Shown piece after piece: positions 56,545 to 64,000 of a stretch of DNA of 64,000 bases. How positions within the stretch are numbered: the first letter of the stretch is position 1; each line of letters opens with the position of its first letter. Location: sequence record OR525701.1, one strand, 5' to 3'. A model generated the notes under the pieces. The model saw only the letters and a list, made by a program, of their open reading frames with translations. It ran no database searches and had not been told where the DNA came from. The stretch is from Escherichia phage vB-Eco-KMB38. The position numbers were made by a program, and so were the translations under genes.

Positions 56545-57541
56545 TTCAAGTGTTGTCTATCGTGCGATAGTTACTTCAAAATTTAGAACTGAAAAAATGT
56601 TGAATTTCTACAATTCAATAGGTGATGGTGATAATAAAAACACCATCTTTATAACGTTTGGTCGGTCTGAACCATGGGCTGCTAATGAAAATGAGGTGGG
56701 CTTCGCCCCACCGTATCCAACAGACTCGGTTTTAGGTGTAGCAGATATGTGGACTAACATGATGGGTTTAGTTAAAGTTATCCCATCTATGTTAGACTCG
56801 GTTATTCCTAGACGTGACTGGGGAGATATTCGTTATCCAGACCCTTATACATTCAAAATAAATGATATAGTCGTATGTAATACAGCCCCTTATAATGCTA
56901 CTGAAGTCGGGGCTGGATGGTTAGTATATCGTTGCGTAGATGTTCCTGATGTTGGGATGTGTTCTATTGAGTCTCTCGACAACAAAGAAGAATGTCTTAA
57001 ATTAGGTGGTAAATGGACACCTTCTGTTAGGTCAATGACTCCTCCTGAAGGTCGTGGAGATGCTGAAGGGATTATCGAAGTTGGTGATGGATATATATGG
57101 GAGTATCTTTATGAGATTCCACCTGATGTGTCTATAAACCGATGTACTAATGAATATATAGTCGTTCCATGGCCGGAAGAAGTTAAAGAAGACCCTGCTC
57201 GTTGGGGATATGAAAACAATCTAACCTGGCAACAAGATGATTTTGGCCTTGTGTATAGAGTTAAAGCAAACATAATTCGTTTTAAAGCCTATTTAGACTC
57301 AGTTTATTTCCCTAATGCAGCACTGCCTGGTAATAAAGGATTTAGACAAATTTCTATTATCACAAACCCCTTGGAAGCTAAACTCCGTCCTAATGACCCT
57401 AATATAAAGGCTGAAAAGGATTATTATGACCCTAGAGATTTACAGCGTCATTCTGGTGAAATGATTTATATGGAAAACCGTCCACCTATTATTATGGCAA
57501 TGGACCAAACCGAAGAGATCAATATTTTGTTTATGTTCTAA
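56537..57541 (+). CDS. 8: baseplate wedge protein gp8
   Basis: 334 aa ORF in T4 gene 8 position and size. Confidence 0.88.
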   Translation: MNDSSVVYRAIVTSKFRTEKMLNFYNSIGDGDNKNTIFITFGRSEPWAANENEVGFAPPYPTDSVLGVADMWTNMMGLVKVIPSMLDSVIPRRDWGDIRYPDPYTFKINDIVVCNTAPYNATEVGAGWLVYRCVDVPDVGMCSIESLDNKEECLKLGGKWTPSVRSMTPPEGRGDAEGIIEVGDGYIWEYLYEIPPDVSINRCTNEYIVVPWPEEVKEDPARWGYENNLTWQQDDFGLVYRVKANIIRFKAYLDSVYFPNAALPGNKGFRQISIITNPLEAKLRPNDPNIKAEKDYYDPRDLQRHSGEMIYMENRPPIIMAMDQTEEINILFMF

Positions 57542-57545
57542 TTTA

Positions 57546-57567
57546 GGGAGACTTCGGTCTCCCTTTC
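57546..57567 (+). terminator. hairpin terminator after gene 8
   Basis: gggagac-ttcg-gtctccc hairpin followed by TTTCGTG, directly before a late promoter. Confidence 0.5.
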
Positions 57568-57570
57568 GTG

Positions 57571-57578
57571 TATAAATA
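57571..57578 (+). promoter_or_regulatory. late promoter TATAAATA for gene 9
   Basis: Exact TATAAATA about 26 nt upstream of gene 9 start. Confidence 0.6.
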
Positions 57579-57603
57579 GTATAAACTATTAAGGATTAGC
57601 CAC

Positions 57604-58467
57604 ATGTATATTCAAACTCCAAAACAATTGATTGACGTTGGCGAAATTGGTAACGCTTCTACAGGCGATATCCTTTTTGACGGCGGTGTTAAAATAAACA
57701 ATGATATAAACGCTATTTACAATGCGTTTGGTGACCAACGAAAAATGGCAACTGCTAATGGGACAGGACCGAATGGACAAATAATCCATGCCACTGGATA
57801 CTACCAAAAAGGAGGCCCTACTGATTATTTCACCCCTGTTCCAGTAGGAAGTAGACACGACATAGATGCTTCTACCGGTGGTGTTATTGTTACTGTTGCT
57901 AGAGGTGAACTCGGCGATTCCGTGGAATTTATAAATTCAAACGGATCAATTTCGGTAAACAACCCATTAAGTATCCAAGCATTAGATTCTATTAAAGGTG
58001 TTGCAGGTAATTTAGTTATAACCACACCTTATACTAAAGTTACTCTTCGTTGTATTTCTTCTGGTGCAGGCGGTTCAATATGGGATTATTCTACAGAAAG
58101 TATGTTTAGTCATACCGAAATTCCTGTAGACGGGACATGGAATATTATTTCGGACTATGTCAATATTCCTCTATTTTATAAAACTGAATATAACGCTGCT
58201 AAACTTTTGGTTACATGCCAATCTGCCAACGGTAGAAAAATTAAATCATGTGAAATAAATATTCTAATAGATACAATTAATTCAAGAGTTATTTCAACCG
58301 AATACGCCGTGATGCGCGTTGGTAATGATAACGAAGAAGATGAAATTGCGAATATTAGTTTTTCGATAATTAACAATTTTGCCACTATGACAGTTTCTTC
58401 ACATATAAATGGTCTTCGAGTGGCAGCTAAAGTTATTTCAACTCAGAAAATTAGGGTCGCTCAATAA
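57604..58467 (+). CDS. 9: baseplate wedge / long tail fibre socket gp9
   Basis: MYIQTPKQLIDVGEIGNASTGDILFDGGVKINNDINAIYNAFGDQRKMA, close to T4 gp9. Confidence 0.9.
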   Translation: MYIQTPKQLIDVGEIGNASTGDILFDGGVKINNDINAIYNAFGDQRKMATANGTGPNGQIIHATGYYQKGGPTDYFTPVPVGSRHDIDASTGGVIVTVARGELGDSVEFINSNGSISVNNPLSIQALDSIKGVAGNLVITTPYTKVTLRCISSGAGGSIWDYSTESMFSHTEIPVDGTWNIISDYVNIPLFYKTEYNAAKLLVTCQSANGRKIKSCEINILIDTINSRVISTEYAVMRVGNDNEEDEIANISFSIINNFATMTVSSHINGLRVAAKVISTQKIRVAQ

Positions 58468-60281
58468 TGAAACAAAATATTAAAATTGGGAACGTCGTTG
58501 ATGACGGACAAGGCGATTACCTTCGTCGTGGTGGTGCAAAAATTAATGAAAACTTTGATGAGTTGTATTATGAATTAGGCGATGGCGAAGTTCCGTATTC
58601 CGCTGGTGCCTGGAAAACATACCATTCTTCAGATGGACTTAATTTAGCTGCTGAATGGGGTAAATCATACGCAATTGATACTTCAACAGGGCGTGTTTCT
58701 ATAAATTTACCTAAAGGAACAGTGGAAGATTATAATAAAGTAATTAGAGCCCGTGATGTATTCGCCACATGGAATATTAACCCTGTAACATTAATTGCTG
58801 CCAGCGGTGATACTATTAAAGGTTCTTCTAGCCCAGTAGAAATCAATGTACAGTTTTCAGACTTAGAATTAGTTTACTGTTCTCCTGGGCGCTGGGAATA
58901 TGTTAAAAATAAACAAATAGACAAAATTACTAGTTCTGATATTAGTAGTGTAGCTCGTAAAGAATTTTTAGTCGAAGTTCAAGGTCAAACTGATTTTCTT
59001 GATGTATTTGGGCCTGTTTCTTATAATGTGAATAATATCCGTGTAAAACATCGTGGTAACGAATTATACTACGGTGATGTGTTCAGTGACAATAGTGACT
59101 TTGGTTCTCCAGGAGCTAATCCTGGTGAAATCGTTGCATTAGATGGTAAAAACATCCGTTTAAGACAACCATGTAATATCGGCGACACCGTACAAATTGA
59201 AACCTTTTTAGATGGGATTACACAATTACGTAGTTCTTATTCTCGCCGCCAAATACGTATTTTAGATTCGAAATTAACAACCCGTCCTTCCTTAGAAGGA
59301 AGTGTATATGTCGCGGATTTGTCAACTTTGAAATCTATTCCTTTTTCGGCATTTGGAGTTAATCCTTCAGAACCGGTCAATACCAATTCTTTAGAAGTTC
59401 GTTTTAACGGTATTCTTCAAGAATTAGCTGGTACTGTTGGTTTACCTATGTTCAGATGTGAAGGTGCTGATGCAGAAACTTCTACCGAGTGTTCAGCTTT
59501 AGGTGGGACTTGGGTTACATCTAACACCGATTATTCTATTGAATACGATGATAACGATGCAACTATTGCACGTGCTTTAGTCTTTGACCGTAAGTTTGAA
59601 GACCAAGACATTATTGATATTACATGGTTTAATAACGATTTAGGCACTTTATTAAGTATCGATGACATTTTAGATACAACTGATGAAAGGTATGTCGCAC
59701 AAGGTGCAACCGTAAATGTGACCGGCGATGTGGCTTTGACCGATTTCAATAATATCGGATGGCCTAATGTAGAATCTGTTCCTGCATATAGCAGGGAATT
59801 CTCGTCTATTGCAAATATTTTTAACACCATTTACCCTGTCGGTACTATTTACGAAAATGCAGTGAACCCTAATAACCCAGCCACGTATTTAGGATTTGGT
59901 TCTTGGAAATTATGGGGACAAGGAAAAGTATTAGTTGGATGGAACGACGATATTAGCGATCCTAATTTTGCATTAAATAATAACGACCTTGATTCTAGCG
60001 GGAATCCTACACATACCGCCGGTGGAACACTCGGAACAACGTCTAACACACTAACTAATTCTGATTTACCTCCTACTCAAACTGACGAGAAAGTTCTTAT
60101 TTCCGATGAGAACGGTACAATTATTATTGGTGGTTGTCAATACGACCCTGATGCAGAAGGTCCTATATACACCAAATACCGTGAAGGCCACGCCACAACG
60201 AATAGTACACACATACCGCCTCAAGCCGTAAATAATATTCAACCGTCAATTACCGTATATCGTTGGGTAAGGATTGCATAA
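58467..60281 (+). CDS. 10: baseplate wedge protein gp10
   Basis: 604 aa ORF in T4 gene 10 position and size. Confidence 0.88.
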   Translation: MKQNIKIGNVVDDGQGDYLRRGGAKINENFDELYYELGDGEVPYSAGAWKTYHSSDGLNLAAEWGKSYAIDTSTGRVSINLPKGTVEDYNKVIRARDVFATWNINPVTLIAASGDTIKGSSSPVEINVQFSDLELVYCSPGRWEYVKNKQIDKITSSDISSVARKEFLVEVQGQTDFLDVFGPVSYNVNNIRVKHRGNELYYGDVFSDNSDFGSPGANPGEIVALDGKNIRLRQPCNIGDTVQIETFLDGITQLRSSYSRRQIRILDSKLTTRPSLEGSVYVADLSTLKSIPFSAFGVNPSEPVNTNSLEVRFNGILQELAGTVGLPMFRCEGADAETSTECSALGGTWVTSNTDYSIEYDDNDATIARALVFDRKFEDQDIIDITWFNNDLGTLLSIDDILDTTDERYVAQGATVNVTGDVALTDFNNIGWPNVESVPAYSREFSSIANIFNTIYPVGTIYENAVNPNNPATYLGFGSWKLWGQGKVLVGWNDDISDPNFALNNNDLDSSGNPTHTAGGTLGTTSNTLTNSDLPPTQTDEKVLISDENGTIIIGGCQYDPDAEGPIYTKYREGHATTNSTHIPPQAVNNIQPSITVYRWVRIA

Positions 60282-60940
60282 TGACCATACTTAATACTAA
60301 AGCGGGAGTAATATCCCGCGAAGCAGATTTTTTAGGATTTAGAAAAAATCCTACTCAAATTGATATTTTAAACAACCAAGGCGTAGGTTCTGTAACCATT
60401 TCTCAATTGGCAAAAGGATTCTACGATGATAACGTAGAATCTGCAATAAACGATGTTCATAATATTGCTAGAGCAGATGTAGGAACAGTTACAATTAACA
60501 CCTCAGGTGTATCTCCTGAAGGAACTTCACAGGTAGATTATTGGTCCTTTAGTGGAAGTGTAACTGACCCTAGTTTGCCCGATGGAAGCCCTGTTATTGT
60601 AAAAGTTTATGGGCTTCCTGTTAATGCTACTGTAGGTATGACAGCCGACGAATTTGTTGTACAATTACGTACTACTCTCCGGAATGCGATTTCCGACCAA
60701 TTGGCTATTGCAGAGTATAAAGATGACCCTAATGTTGGGACTAAATTACAAATAACATATTTAGATAACCAAAGACACGTACTCCCAACGTATTCCGCTT
60801 ATGGTATCACGGTTTCTCAAGAAATAGTGTCTCAGGCTAAGTCTGGGTACGGCACTTGGAATTTACTAGGTGCGCAAACCCTTACTCTTGACAACCATAC
60901 TTCACCTACAACCTTTTATTATTTTGTGAGAACCGCATGA
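60281..60940 (+). CDS. 11: baseplate wedge protein gp11 (short tail fibre attachment)
   Basis: Start at [20 protein letters not shown], like T4 gp11; TAATG overlap with gene 10. Confidence 0.88.
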   Translation: MTILNTKAGVISREADFLGFRKNPTQIDILNNQGVGSVTISQLAKGFYDDNVESAINDVHNIARADVGTVTINTSGVSPEGTSQVDYWSFSGSVTDPSLPDGSPVIVKVYGLPVNATVGMTADEFVVQLRTTLRNAISDQLAIAEYKDDPNVGTKLQITYLDNQRHVLPTYSAYGITVSQEIVSQAKSGYGTWNLLGAQTLTLDNHTSPTTFYYFVRTA

Positions 60941-62487
60941 GTAACAATACATATCAACACGTTTCGAACGAATCCGTATATGTTGAATTTGACCCTGTAG
61001 GGTCAAATTTTGATAGTTCAATAACCAATGTCCAGGCAGCCTTAGCCTCAATTAGCGCATATGGTGTTAAAGGTGTTCCTGACGCAAGCGAAGCAGAAAA
61101 AGGTGTAATTCAATTAGCGACAGAACAAGAAGTTCTTGATGGATTTAATAGTACTAAAGCCGTTACACCCGCCACATTAAATGCAAGACTTCAGTATCCG
61201 AACGCGTCAGAAACACAGTACGGCGTAACTAAATATGCAACACAAGAGGAGGCCATTGCTGGCACTTTAGACACTGTTTCTATTACTCCGCTTAAATTAA
61301 ACCAAACTATTGATAACACGTTCTCTACTCGTTATTCAACAGAAACAACTAACGGTGTTATTAAAATTGCAACTCAAACCGCTGCACTTGCCGGGTCTGA
61401 TGACACCACAGCAATGACTCCGCTTAAAACGCAGCAATTAGCAATAAAATTAATTTCTCAAATAGCTCCTAATAATGACCCGGCTTCAGAATCTATTACC
61501 GGTGTTGTGCGTTTAGCTACGGTGGCTCAAACACGTCAAGGAACTCTTCGCGAAGGATATGCAATTTCCCCGTATACCTTTATGAATTCTGTTGCAACAC
61601 AAGAATATAAAGGTGTTATACGTCTAGGAACACAAGCGGAAATTAATAGTAATTTGGGAGATGTTGCTGTAACAGGTGAAACGCTAAATGGTAGAGGAGC
61701 TACCGGTTCTATGCGTGGAGTCGTAAAATTAACGACGCAGGCCGGTGTTGCACCCGAAGGCGATGGCTCTGGAGCATTAGCATGGAACGCAGATGTAATT
61801 AATACACGCGGTGGGCAAACTATTAATGGTTCTTTAAATTTAGATCACCTCACAGCAAATGGAATTTGGTCGCGTGGCGGAATGTGGAAAAACGGTGACC
61901 AGCCAGTTGCAACAGAGAGATATGCATCTGAACGTGTTCCTGTTGGAACAATTCAAATGTTCGCAGGTGATAGCGCTCCTCCGGGTTGGGTTTTATGTCA
62001 TGGTGGGACCATTTCTGGAAACCAATTTCCGGACTATCGAAATGTGGTTGGAACGAGATTTGGCGGTGATTGGAATAATCCTGGAATTCCAGACATGCGC
62101 GGTCTTTTTGTTAGAGGAGCTGGCACAGGCAGCCATATTTTAAATAATCGCGGTCAAGACGGCTATGGAAAGGATAGATTAGGTGTAGGATGTGACGGCA
62201 TGCATGTTGGCGGTGTCCAAGCACAGCAAATGTCATATCATAAACACGCTGGTGGATGGGGCGAATATCAACGTCATGAGGCACCATTCGGAGCATCCGT
62301 ATATCAAGGTTATTTGGGTACTAGAAAATACTCTGATTGGGATAATGCGTCATATTTCACAAATGACGGCTTCGAATTAGGTGGTCACCGTGACGCAACA
62401 GGCACTCTTAACCGTGAAGGACTTATCGGATATGAGACTCGTCCATGGAATATATCTTTAAATTATATTATTAAAGTCCATTACTAA
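60937..62487 (+). CDS. 12: short tail fibre gp12
   Basis: 516 aa with repeated GVIx[10 protein letters not shown] motifs and C-terminal receptor-binding domain, T4 gp12-like. Confidence 0.88.
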   Translation: MSNNTYQHVSNESVYVEFDPVGSNFDSSITNVQAALASISAYGVKGVPDASEAEKGVIQLATEQEVLDGFNSTKAVTPATLNARLQYPNASETQYGVTKYATQEEAIAGTLDTVSITPLKLNQTIDNTFSTRYSTETTNGVIKIATQTAALAGSDDTTAMTPLKTQQLAIKLISQIAPNNDPASESITGVVRLATVAQTRQGTLREGYAISPYTFMNSVATQEYKGVIRLGTQAEINSNLGDVAVTGETLNGRGATGSMRGVVKLTTQAGVAPEGDGSGALAWNADVINTRGGQTINGSLNLDHLTANGIWSRGGMWKNGDQPVATERYASERVPVGTIQMFAGDSAPPGWVLCHGGTISGNQFPDYRNVVGTRFGGDWNNPGIPDMRGLFVRGAGTGSHILNNRGQDGYGKDRLGVGCDGMHVGGVQAQQMSYHKHAGGWGEYQRHEAPFGASVYQGYLGTRKYSDWDNASYFTNDGFELGGHRDATGTLNREGLIGYETRPWNISLNYIIKVHY

Positions 62488-62496
62488 GGGTAAAAA

Positions 62497-63939
62497 ATGA
62501 TCGAATTAAAAAGTCTACCATACGTTGATGGCCCTCCTGATGAGGGTCAAAAACGTTTAAACTGGATTAAAAATTCAGAAGAAATAACTGGCGCTGATAC
62601 GTTATACGGTTCTGAAGGAGTAATGAACCGTCCAATAACAGAAGTTCAACGAAATGTAGAAACAATTAACGATAACGTTAAGACTATCGCAGAATCTTTA
62701 GATATCGCTAATGCTGATATTGTCACAATTAAAAGTATCTTGGATGTTTCTGGTGATGTAGATGCTTTAGCACAAATTGGACATAACACTGATGATATTG
62801 AAGTATTAAAACACACCGTAAATTCACACGGTGTTGATATTTTAAACACTGAAGAAAAACTAGATGATACTATTGCTAATATCGGAGTAGTTAATCCAGA
62901 AACAGATTCGGTGTATCGTACGGTGCGTAACGACCTTCTTTGGATTAAAACCGAATTAGGGCAATATACTGGACAAGATATTAATGGTGTCCCAACCGAA
63001 GGTAATGAAAGCACCGGGATGAAACGACGTATTATTACTAACAGTTCAGTGTTGGTTGACCAAGGCGTTCGTTTAACCGAGTTAGAAAATAAATTTGCCG
63101 ATTCTGACGTTGGGGCTCTGACAACCGAAGTTGAAAACCTCCGTCAAGAAATAGGTCCTAGACCATCGTTAACAGTACCGGTTTACACTCGTTTATCCGG
63201 TATTGATTCATCCATTTCTATCCAAACTAGAGATATTGCGGCATTAAAAGATTTTGTTGGATATCCTAATTCAACCGCTATTAAAACTCAAGTCGAGGCC
63301 AATCGTCTTTCTATATCAACAATAAATTCAGACATTAACTCGCCTGGCGGTATTAAACCACGTTTGACAACGTTAGAAACTACTATAGGCTCTCCAGATT
63401 TACCAACTACTCTTCAGGGTAAGATCAAATTAAATACCGATTCCATTTCAGGTATTAACACAGTTTTAGGTGTTGATTCTTCTAGTGGTTTACGTTTTAA
63501 CGTAGCATGGCTCAATCAGGTGGTTGGCGTTGATTCAAATGGTGGACAACCTGAACCGGCTGGTTCACTTTTATATAGGACTCGTATTCTTGAAACTGGT
63601 GTTACTGACCTAGGCAATAACATTCAAAACGTTCAAACCGAATTGGGAACTAATTCGTCCGGTATTAAAGGACAAGTGACTAGTTTAAATAAACTTATAA
63701 GCGGCACTAACCCAAACGGTCAAACCATAGAAGAACGTGGTATATTGCCAACAGTTAAAAACCATGACACAACAATTATGGCTTTAACTACGCGTGTTAC
63801 CACTTTAGAAACAGACCTTGCTGCAGCAGAAGCAGAAATTCAGGCCCTTAAAGAGGCTGGATATATTGAAGATGCTCCTTCAGACGGTAAATTCTATGTT
63901 CGCAAAGATGGTGCATGGGTTGAACTTCCTACAGCTTAA
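62497..63939 (+). CDS. wac: fibritin (whisker) Wac
   Basis: 480 aa coiled-coil protein ending in foldon-like GYIEDAPSDGKFYVRKDGAWVELPTA. Confidence 0.88.
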   Translation: MIELKSLPYVDGPPDEGQKRLNWIKNSEEITGADTLYGSEGVMNRPITEVQRNVETINDNVKTIAESLDIANADIVTIKSILDVSGDVDALAQIGHNTDDIEVLKHTVNSHGVDILNTEEKLDDTIANIGVVNPETDSVYRTVRNDLLWIKTELGQYTGQDINGVPTEGNESTGMKRRIITNSSVLVDQGVRLTELENKFADSDVGALTTEVENLRQEIGPRPSLTVPVYTRLSGIDSSISIQTRDIAALKDFVGYPNSTAIKTQVEANRLSISTINSDINSPGGIKPRLTTLETTIGSPDLPTTLQGKIKLNTDSISGINTVLGVDSSSGLRFNVAWLNQVVGVDSNGGQPEPAGSLLYRTRILETGVTDLGNNIQNVQTELGTNSSGIKGQVTSLNKLISGTNPNGQTIEERGILPTVKNHDTTIMALTTRVTTLETDLAAAEAEIQALKEAGYIEDAPSDGKFYVRKDGAWVELPTA

Positions 63940-63943
63940 TGAA

Positions 63944-63963
63944 AAGGGCCTTCGGGCCCTAAA
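63944..63963 (+). terminator. GC hairpin after wac (weak terminator / RNA-stability element)
   Basis: agggcc-ttcg-ggccct hairpin, no strong U tract; same hairpin in inverse orientation at 23119-23134. Confidence 0.35.
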
Positions 63964-63971
63964 GGATTTAT

Positions 63972-64000
63972 ATGTCAGGTTATAATGCACAAAACCCTAA
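63972..64000 (+). CDS. 13: neck protein gp13, first 9 codons (runs off window end)
   Basis: ATG at 63972 after aaagga SD; MSGYNAQNP matches the T4 gp13 start. Confidence 0.6.

Overview
This window is a contiguous segment of a T4-like (Tevenvirinae) myovirus genome, read from motifs and remembered T4 protein sequences only; no search was run. Minus strand, 1-48286: early and middle genes in T4 order, namely gene 43 DNA polymerase (N-terminal part, runs off the window start), regA, 62, 44, 45, rpbA, 46, 47, 55, nrdH-like, nrdG, intronless nrdD, 49 and nrdC, then a variable nrdC-tk region, rI, tk, regB, a GrcA-like glycyl-radical protein, denV, several internal-protein genes, e (lysozyme), nudE, a second variable block, two tRNAs plus a GC-rich structured non-coding segment, a 57B/Acb1-like 2H phosphoesterase, 57A, 1, 3, 2 and 4. 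Plus strand, 48348-64000: late baseplate and tail genes 53, 5, 5.1, 5.4, 6, 7, 8, 9, 10, 11, 12, wac and the start of 13. Structural proteins are very close to T4, whereas the variable blocks carry cargo I cannot assign. The best candidates for something undescribed are: a tandem array of three divergent paralogs each behind its own duplicated early promoter; an AAA+ ATPase followed by a Pol-beta-type nucleotidyltransferase-fold protein; a macro-domain protein near tk; two families of small proteins sharing conserved C-terminal motifs (F-I-x-E-C-R and W-V-S-S-S-x-x-C); and early promoters with covarying inverted repeats around the -10 element. No CRISPR array, transposase, group I intron or homing endonuclease was seen. 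All T4 gene-name correspondences for small ORFs are tentative.
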